64,000 bases of DNA from positions 95,660 to 159,659 of IMG/VR virus record IMGVR_UViG_3300030451_004287; one strand, written 5' to 3'. This document shows positions 58,073 through 64,000 of this stretch, piece by piece (within the stretch, counting starts at the first letter, position 1; every line of letters starts with the position of its first letter). Under the pieces are notes generated by a model. The model was not told the origin of the DNA, did no database searches, and saw nothing but the letters and a program-made list of their open reading frames with translations. Position numbers and translations under genes: made by a program. This DNA is from a virus.

Positions 58073-60106
58073 TTATTTATTGATTCCCCGATAAATATCA
58101 TCATTTGCACTGTTGGTAAACCATTCTGGACCTTCGTACATTTCATCATTATTAGGTTTTACAATGTCTCTAGTTGATCCACCTATTACATTATACTTAA
58201 TATCTTCTAGCTGTAAATCTAGTTTTCTAGCTATCATATTAGATATTAATAATGAACTATACCTATCTTTTCTTAACTTGCCCTTCTTACCATGAGCACC
58301 TTTAGTATCAGGAGTATCCCATTTATCTCTAGCATAAGCTCCTGTGCTAGTCTGACTCATGACTATAGTAGTCAACTCATTTTTTAGTTCTTCAATCTCT
58401 ACAATGCATTCACTTAAACTGTCATATAAAGGATTCAGATCTGCTTCCAGAATATTTTTACCCTCATTTTCTAAAGCAAGGCCTATGCTGAGAGAATCGA
58501 ATCTAGGAAAAATTAACTTCTTATCTTCTAAATCCTTTCTTAAACCATGATTAGCCTGAGAAACCCAATCTGCCTTTGCAAATTGTACTAGCTCTAAAAT
58601 ATGTAAGCCTACTTGATTATCTGTTGGTTTGCTTTTATCATAATCAATAATTGGCCATATCAACTCTTCTCCGTCTTGCAAGTTTTTTGGATCATGTAAT
58701 GCTTCCTCAATAGCTACCCCTCCTCCTTGAGCATCCACACCAATAATTTTGACATTATAACTTTTCATTAAGTTTCTAATTTTTCTTGCACAGAAACTAT
58801 AGAAATCATGATCGTCTACTAATCCTGTTTTTTGTCTGTCTCTAAAATTACCTCTATTCGTTGTCCAACAATATACTAGTCTACGATGGTCTTTATTAAG
58901 CTCTATCACGGTAATACTAAAATTATCTTTTTCACTAGCCGGATCGACCCCAATAATGTATTCCTTATTAGGATCTCCCTTAATGCTAGGGTCAAAAGAT
59001 ATGACTCCGTCTATTCCTTGAATTGGTTTTTTATCTGAACAAGTACAAGATTCAATTAGACTTCTTTTAAAGAAACCCTCGCTGTCACTTGTGAAACATG
59101 CTGCGTACTCCATTTGATAGATACCGCTGTGTATAGTAGCTTTAGCTCGGGCTACTTGTTTATCGTCCATGAATCCTTTGGGTATAAGTTCATAAGGAAT
59201 TCTGATAACACTGTAATCTCTCCAATTGAAATTTTCTGGAACTGGTCCACCAAATATATCTTCTAGAATTTGTGGATCTCCCTCACTCTCAACTATTTTT
59301 TTATACCTACGCCAATACTGTGCAAAATGTTTAAAACTATAATCAGCAGTTCCACTAATAATAGCCTGATTACTTTTCTTCACCATCAACTCATCCATTT
59401 CAGGAGTCCAAATACCAGCTTCCTTCATAGCTTTCTTCTTAGCTTCTGCTTTAACGTTTTGAATAGGACTAGCACTAACAGCAGCAAAACCAGAAACAAC
59501 AGTCTCGTAGATATCTGGACTAATAGACGCAAATTCGTCAGCTATAATAATATGAGCACGTAGACCTCTAATCTTATCTCCTGTTCCTAATGGAATAGCG
59601 ACCGCCCAGCTTTCTCCCAATCTCATAGTACAACGATCTACATCTCGTCTTGGCCCATCACTAGCAGCCCCAAAAATACTTCTTAGGATATCACTATTAC
59701 GCCACAAATTTTCCATATACTCAAATATAATTTTACTCTGCCTAAATGCACTACCCACAATAACAATCTTGCTACCAGGAACAAACATACATTTTAACAT
59801 AGCATACATAGCCAGTATAAAAGATTTACCAAAACCACGACTAGCTATAAACATAGGAAATGGTCTCTGCCAAAATTCTTGTAAGATAGCAATCTGTATA
59901 GGATGTAGTTCTATTCCAAATAGTGACCTAACAGTAAATCCAAAATATTTAGGATCTGTCATAATTTTTAATAAGTGAGCGTCAGGATGTTCAATATCAT
60001 ATTTACTTCGACCGATCATACAATTATGGTCGATAGATATATTGCTAGTATCTCCTAGACCTAGCCACGCTTCTTCAAATTTTTTAGGTTCTATTGTGTT
60101 TTTCAT
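58073..60106 (-). CDS. terL: Terminase large subunit
   Basis: LHPIQ, Walker A ASRGFGKS, IRGLR, Walker B IIADEF, nuclease GVDPAS and KDRYSS; no intein. Confidence 0.93.
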   Translation of the reverse strand: MKNTIEPKKFEEAWLGLGDTSNISIDHNCMIGRSKYDIEHPDAHLLKIMTDPKYFGFTVRSLFGIELHPIQIAILQEFWQRPFPMFIASRGFGKSFILAMYAMLKCMFVPGSKIVIVGSAFRQSKIIFEYMENLWRNSDILRSIFGAASDGPRRDVDRCTMRLGESWAVAIPLGTGDKIRGLRAHIIIADEFASISPDIYETVVSGFAAVSASPIQNVKAEAKKKAMKEAGIWTPEMDELMVKKSNQAIISGTADYSFKHFAQYWRRYKKIVESEGDPQILEDIFGGPVPENFNWRDYSVIRIPYELIPKGFMDDKQVARAKATIHSGIYQMEYAACFTSDSEGFFKRSLIESCTCSDKKPIQGIDGVISFDPSIKGDPNKEYIIGVDPASEKDNFSITVIELNKDHRRLVYCWTTNRGNFRDRQKTGLVDDHDFYSFCARKIRNLMKSYNVKIIGVDAQGGGVAIEEALHDPKNLQDGEELIWPIIDYDKSKPTDNQVGLHILELVQFAKADWVSQANHGLRKDLEDKKLIFPRFDSLSIGLALENEGKNILEADLNPLYDSLSECIVEIEELKNELTTIVMSQTSTGAYARDKWDTPDTKGAHGKKGKLRKDRYSSLLISNMIARKLDLQLEDIKYNVIGGSTRDIVKPNNDEMYEGPEWFTNSANDDIYRGINK

Positions 60107-60551
60107 TTACTCGCTTCATGATACTAATGGCAATAGCTTGTGCATTTTCTCTATTACCACAAAAATGTGTGTGTATACCATATATTGTGTTTATTTCGGT
60201 TATATATTTTAGCAGGAATAAGGGAGATATACGAAGGTTTTTCCATAAACGTTGAGGGATTCCACTATTATGTGGGAAGTTTAATATATCATGTAGATCA
60301 AATTCAAATAGTATATGGGGATGGGGAAATCCTGCCATACGATCTAAGACGTCTTTAAACCTCTTTTCGGTAATATTATTACTAACTTCATTTACGCTAC
60401 TTTTTCGTTCTATACATACCAAGTGTTCTAGTCCTTCTATACTATAATCTCCAGTATCTAATTTAGCTTTAGTTATATTAAAACTATCATTAAAGTCCCA
60501 AGGTTTTTGTTCCCTGGTATCTACTACTATATTGAAATATTTATTTTTCAT
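60084..60551 (-). CDS. ERCC4-domain (XPF/Mus81-like) nuclease
   Basis: VVDTREQKPW...LDTGDYS...IERKS. Confidence 0.88.
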   Translation of the reverse strand: MKNKYFNIVVDTREQKPWDFNDSFNITKAKLDTGDYSIEGLEHLVCIERKSSVNEVSNNITEKRFKDVLDRMAGFPHPHILFEFDLHDILNFPHNSGIPQRLWKNLRISPLFLLKYITEINTIYGIHTHFCGNRENAQAIAISIMKRVNEKHNRT

Positions 60552-60810
60552 TGTTCTTGCTGGCTACTATCTTAAAAAATAAGGGAGCATAGCCATCTTC
60601 ATTTCCGTGGATAAATTTATGGTGTCTACTGCAGAGGGTGATTCCATTATTAATATTAAATCTTAACGTAGGATAATCACTCCATCTTTTTATATGGTGT
60701 GCGTTTAATCGTCTTCTTATATTACATTTGGGCCATTGACAACAATATTTGTCTCTCTTATATACTTCGTTCCTCCATTTTTTATAATTCTCATCAACTG
60801 GTCGATTCAT
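60541..60810 (-). CDS. HNH endonuclease
   Basis: WR..VYKRD.Y.CQ..C...LNAHHI...NGITLC..HH..IH. Confidence 0.88.
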   Translation of the reverse strand: MNRPVDENYKKWRNEVYKRDKYCCQWPKCNIRRRLNAHHIKRWSDYPTLRFNINNGITLCSRHHKFIHGNEDGYAPLFFKIVASKNNEK

Positions 60811-61615
60811 CTTGTTCTACGCTTTCAGGAGTAAGGAAAGGACTGTCTGCTGTTTTATCTTGGTATACATGAATAGTCTCTAATTCTTTTAAATGTTTAT
60901 TTACACTCATACTCATGATTTCCATTTGTCTTCCTTCGCTCTCCCTAATCTTCTCATCTTCTAGCATCCGTAGTAATCCTGTCCAGCTACTCTTGCCATC
61001 TTCGATTCTTTTGATTCTCTGTTCTCTAGTGGCTTTAAGGTCTTTACTTATTTTTTGTTGTTCAGCCAATAGTTTAGTATATTCATTTGTATAGCTGGTT
61101 ATGCTATTACGGGCAAATGATAGTTGGGTTTCTAAATTAGTAAGATAAGCATTATCACGGCTTTCTTCAGGTTTTAAATATTCATCGTCTACCATTTTTT
61201 GAATACGTTCGGTATCTGTAATATGTCTCTTACGTTCTTTCATACTACGATTAATAAGAATGTCGATGGTGATAAATTGTTTGATTTGTAATTCTTCAGC
61301 AGGAAGTACGTCTTCTCTAAATTGTTTTATAAGACCTACCCATGTATTTTCAAAATATTCTAACTCTCCACTGTCCTTATCGAATTGACGTTCTATTTCG
61401 CTCCAGAAAGTTTTTTTATGTAATTTATGTTTGAGATAGTCGGTATCATCATCAGGATCATCAGGGACCATTAAATGATTATCATTAATATATCGTTTTA
61501 CGGGAGCAGGGTTACGATTTAAAAATTCTGCTATCTCTTCTATGGTACTAGTATTAAAATTGTCTTTGATATACTGTTGTTCTTCCAGACTAAGCTGGCC
61601 TCTTTTTCTACTCAT
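60794..61615 (-). CDS. Probable terminase small subunit (HTH + coiled coil)
   Basis: N-terminal IEEIAEFLNR HTH, long helical body, position upstream of terL. Confidence 0.5.
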   Translation of the reverse strand: MSRKRGQLSLEEQQYIKDNFNTSTIEEIAEFLNRNPAPVKRYINDNHLMVPDDPDDDTDYLKHKLHKKTFWSEIERQFDKDSGELEYFENTWVGLIKQFREDVLPAEELQIKQFITIDILINRSMKERKRHITDTERIQKMVDDEYLKPEESRDNAYLTNLETQLSFARNSITSYTNEYTKLLAEQQKISKDLKATREQRIKRIEDGKSSWTGLLRMLEDEKIRESEGRQMEIMSMSVNKHLKELETIHVYQDKTADSPFLTPESVEQDESTS

Positions 61616-62204
61616 GATTTAAAATCTCTTGTATGTTTTGCAGAAGAAGATTGCTATATTTTTTCGGGATTTTTTGTCCATATAAAAACATAAGATAATA
61701 TTTACGTAAGGATACTTTAATCTTGGGGTCTATTTGTTTGATGATTTCTTTATTAGATATACCTTCTAGGAGATCTTTTTGTTTGCTCTGTATGGATTCT
61801 GCTTTTTCAGTGTGGGATATTTGCATCAAATTTTTCTTATTGTTATTTTTAATGTACCAACTATTATAAAGAGTGCAATTTACTTTGCAACTATATAATA
61901 AACACTGGCTGCGACTCTGGGTATAATCTTTGTCATAGTGTTCGCAAGTGTTACAAGGTTTATCTGGCCTTTGGTATTTGTCTCTTTTAAAATTAAAAAG
62001 ACGATTACGAATGTGGGTCCATAAGAAATTCTCTAGTGGTTTGCTGGGGTCATAGTTTTCTAATCCTTGCAAGGCAAAAATGTATGCCTGTTGTTTCATG
62101 TCCTCTATGTCGTGGTATCCGAATCTGAATTTATGTAAAAGCTTATAGCAGATCTTGTCTATTGTCTCAAGAAAGTGTTTCTCTGTCACTTTGTTGAGGA
62201 TCAT
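61608..62204 (-). CDS. Phage sigma-like factor (region 2) with a Cys-rich insertion (probable start ATG 62204)
   Basis: DIEDMKQQAYIFALQGLENYDPSKPLENFLWTHIRNRLFNFKR is sigma region 2; followed by CNTCEH...C...C...C. Confidence 0.75.
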   Translation of the reverse strand: MILNKVTEKHFLETIDKICYKLLHKFRFGYHDIEDMKQQAYIFALQGLENYDPSKPLENFLWTHIRNRLFNFKRDKYQRPDKPCNTCEHYDKDYTQSRSQCLLYSCKVNCTLYNSWYIKNNNKKNLMQISHTEKAESIQSKQKDLLEGISNKEIIKQIDPKIKVSLRKYYLMFLYGQKIPKKYSNLLLQNIQEILNHE

Positions 62205-62349
62205 CTTTTCCTTGGTTTTCTGTTTCTGTTTCATTTAATAATAGCTCCGCGATGCTCATGCCATCTGGCAGAGACAACTCTTCCTGTGTTGGTTGATTCT
62301 CTGGGTTTCCTGTCACAGACAGGGACGAAGATGCAAAAATATGTTTCAT
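62167..62349 (-). CDS. Small acidic protein heading the late arm
   Basis: 60 aa, downstream of the GGTGTA box at 62404-62409; overlaps the sigma start. Confidence 0.45.
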   Translation of the reverse strand: MKHIFASSSLSVTGNPENQPTQEELSLPDGMSIAELLLNETETENQGKDDPQQSDRETLS

Positions 62350-62489
62350 GGCTATAAAGTACCTAATAGTATTGTAATGGTATTATTTCTATAATAGAAA
62401 CTATACACCAATAGTCAAGGAAGAATCATAATGTTAATCCTTATAGTTTAGGTATTACATATTGATTTTATGGTGGCAATTTTGTCTAT

Positions 62490-62556
62490 ACCCCCCGCGA
62501 CGGTTACCCCCTACGCCGTGGGGGTCTGTCAAAACAGAAAAACCCCCCTATGGGGT
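62490..62556. other. GC-tract cluster with overlapping inverted repeats at the divergent late/early junction
   Basis: C6, C5, G5, C6 and G4 runs in AT-rich intergenic DNA, able to form alternative hairpins. Confidence 0.6.
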
Positions 62557-62595
62557 GGTGGTAGTATGTACAGCGTATCTGGTAAAATTTTATGA

Positions 62596-62660
62596 TCGTT
62601 TGGCATGGTATTATATTGCAGAAAAATAAATTTTGTTCTCGTTTGGCATGAAACTATATT
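62596..62660 (+). repeat. Direct repeat TCGTTTGGCATG-N4-TATATT, two copies with a 43-bp period
   Basis: Copies at 62596-62617 and 62639-62660. Confidence 0.8.
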
Positions 62661-62681
62661 TGGATTTTCTCAAGATTTCTC

Positions 62682-62709
62682 TTGCAATCGACGATAATGT
62701 ATGTATAAT
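62682..62709 (+). promoter_or_regulatory. Early sigma70-like promoter
   Basis: TTGCAA-16 nt (containing CGATAAT)-TATAAT. Confidence 0.65.
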
Positions 62710-62715
62710 CGGGAT

Positions 62716-62934
62716 ATGGAAAACAAGATTACTAAAAAAAAGGAAACTAAAATGCAAAATAATAATTTTGAAATTTGCTACACTTCAGATTGCTGCGGTG
62801 CTTATGTTCACTCCGATGCTGAAATTTGCCCTACCTGTTTAGAGCATTGTGAAGTGATTGAGGATTGCACGGTTTATGATGATTCGGAAGCAGTAGCTTT
62901 TCAGTCACAACTAGATTTTTATGGGGCGGGCTAA
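62716..62934 (+). CDS. Small Cys-rich Zn-ribbon early protein
   Basis: SDCCGA...ICPTCLEHC; start is either leaderless ATG 62716 or ATG 62752 after AAGGA. Confidence 0.7.
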   Translation: MENKITKKKETKMQNNNFEICYTSDCCGAYVHSDAEICPTCLEHCEVIEDCTVYDDSEAVAFQSQLDFYGAG

Positions 62935-62942
62935 ACTCCCGC

Positions 62943-62971
62943 TTGCAATTTGTCGATAATTATTTTAGACT
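62943..62971 (+). promoter_or_regulatory. Early sigma70-like promoter
   Basis: TTGCAA-17 nt (containing CGATAAT)-TAGACT; preceded by a GCGGG/CCCGC hairpin. Confidence 0.6.
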
Positions 62972-63002
62972 CTAATAATCACACCAACACAGGAACCCTA
63001 AA

Positions 63003-63545
63003 ATGTTTTCAACTCTCGACCTTCAGATCGCAAAAAACAAGTTAGCACAGTCCCGCAACGGTTGCCGATACAGTCTACAAAATAACGAACTGAGCTACGA
63101 ACTGTATACCATGTCGTCACATGATCAGGGTGTCGCATGTGAATTGATGGTAATTGACCACATGAAAAAATTCGGTGTCGATGTCGAGCATACTGGCGGC
63201 CATACAAGTCACGACATATCGCTGTACGTTGGCGGATGCCACAAAAAAGCCGAAGTCAAATCAGCAGTATTCGGAATAACAAACAATCAATTTTATTTTC
63301 GCGGCATCAAAAAAGATCGTTTCGACATTCTGTTTCTATGCTTCATTCATCCAGAGCGTGGCGTTATAGTCAAAACAGTTTCACACCGCGACATTATGGA
63401 GGCTTGCAAGAACAAAAAATACAAGATCGATAAGACTGGACGTGAACACGGTTATGATATATACTTCAATGAGTCAATGACACGCAAGGACATGCTAACA
63501 GTAGAATGGAATCCAGAACAAACAAGAATGGAGGTGACAGTATGA
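63003..63545 (+). CDS. PD-(D/E)XK restriction-endonuclease-fold protein
   Basis: GVACE...HDI...AEVKSA...FDILFLCF. Confidence 0.7.
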   Translation: MFSTLDLQIAKNKLAQSRNGCRYSLQNNELSYELYTMSSHDQGVACELMVIDHMKKFGVDVEHTGGHTSHDISLYVGGCHKKAEVKSAVFGITNNQFYFRGIKKDRFDILFLCFIHPERGVIVKTVSHRDIMEACKNKKYKIDKTGREHGYDIYFNESMTRKDMLTVEWNPEQTRMEVTV

Positions 63546-63712
63546 GTCACAATAATTGTGTTATGCCAGAAGTCAGAAAAAATGTTTGGGTAGTCTATGA
63601 CCTGGACGGTCGCAAGATAGGAGAAGTGGCGGCCATGTCAGAATCAGAGGCGAGAATAAAGGTTAGTCAACACGTTATGATACCGTTCAAACTTTCACAT
63701 ATTGAGGAGTAG
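63542..63712 (+). CDS. Small hypothetical early protein
   Basis: GGAGG RBS before ATG 63542, which overlaps the previous stop. Confidence 0.65.
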   Translation: MSHNNCVMPEVRKNVWVVYDLDGRKIGEVAAMSESEARIKVSQHVMIPFKLSHIEE

Positions 63713-63716
63713 TAAA

Positions 63717-64000
63717 TTGAAAACTTGCAAAGTAAATCCACTGAAACTAAATGAGACACGATTCCTAGCAGACGTTCACAATAAGGAGGGACGATATGTT
63801 AAACGCTACTTTTTTAGCAACGGACTTGGCGCTAGTGTCGTCTGTCATGATGGTAGCTATGGTGGTCATTCAGGCTTTTTTGAGTTGGCGGTTATGAAGT
63901 ATAAGCTCGGGACAGACCCGGAACTAACAAGCAAGATTATTTACGACACACAAATAAATAAAGATCTTGGCTGCGTAGATGTTCTTGCATGGCTTGACTT
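63717..64000 (+). CDS. Phage early-type protein, 3'-truncated; not in the ORF track
   Basis: GAGGAG RBS then TTG 63717; reads ...YFFSNGLGASVVCHDGSYGGHSGFFELAVM...IIYDT...DVLAWLD and is open to the window end. Confidence 0.7.
   Translation, partial: MKTCKVNPLKLNETRFLADVHNKEGRYVKRYFFSNGLGASVVCHDGSYGGHSGFFELAVMKYKLGTDPELTSKIIYDTQINKDLGCVDVLAWLD

Larger units (their letters stand above)
43872..62409 (-). promoter_or_regulatory. Dispersed putative late-promoter box (G/T)GTGTA followed by an AT-rich tract
   Basis: Copies at 62404, 58067, 55902, 55091, 52705, 48116, 46588 and 43872, each about 20-55 nt upstream of a late start codon. Confidence 0.65.

Noticed and set aside
2652-60358. Many short opposite-strand or alternate-frame ORFs in the track (e.g. 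3430-3642, 11840-12175, 34127-34459, 47563-48045)
   Set aside because: They are shadows of well-supported genes, with no RBS or recognisable motifs.
63725-63753. Third CTTGCAA early promoter
   Set aside because: It lies within the 63717 ORF and lacks both the CGATAAT spacer and a good -10.
1-64000. Stop-codon reassignment; tRNA genes; integrase; lysis cassette
   Set aside because: Coding density is high under the standard code and TAA, TGA and TAG all end genes. No tRNA, integrase, holin or endolysin was recognised by eye; they may lie outside the window.

Overview
The window is part of a large, AT-rich tailed dsDNA phage genome. It looks siphovirus-like: it has a TP901-type tape measure protein and tail-tube genes, and no sheath gene is visible. 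There are three blocks. (1) 1-18645 (+) is a bacterial-type replication/recombination operon: RecA, DnaB, DnaG, dNMP kinase, an AddB/Cas4-like exonuclease, a DnaE split into two intein-free genes around a DnaQ-like exonuclease, SSB and a Rad52/Sak-like annealase. It also contains an AT-rich cluster of glycosyltransferase-, methyltransferase- and nucleotidyltransferase-fold genes, most of which appear to have lost catalytic motifs. (2) 18646-62349 (-) is the late/morphogenesis arm: sigma-like factor, probable small terminase, HNH, ERCC4 nuclease, large terminase, portal, protease/scaffold, capsid, fibres, neck, duplicated tail tube, tape measure and two giant tail-tip proteins. (3) From about 62700 (+) are small early-type genes behind sigma70-like promoters, separated from the late arm by a GC-tract-rich divergent control region. 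Main observations: the split DnaE; a recurring (G/T)GTGTA box before late genes, alongside a region-4-less Cys-rich sigma factor; a nested scaffold gene with its own RBS and box; a tape measure protein with repeated GG...DTVP..LTPGEFV cassettes bracketing a mini nuclease-like segment; the pseudo-enzyme glyco-cluster; and a probable non-AUG start. A Planctomycetota host is suspected but not shown. All family assignments come from reading motifs by eye, not from database searches.
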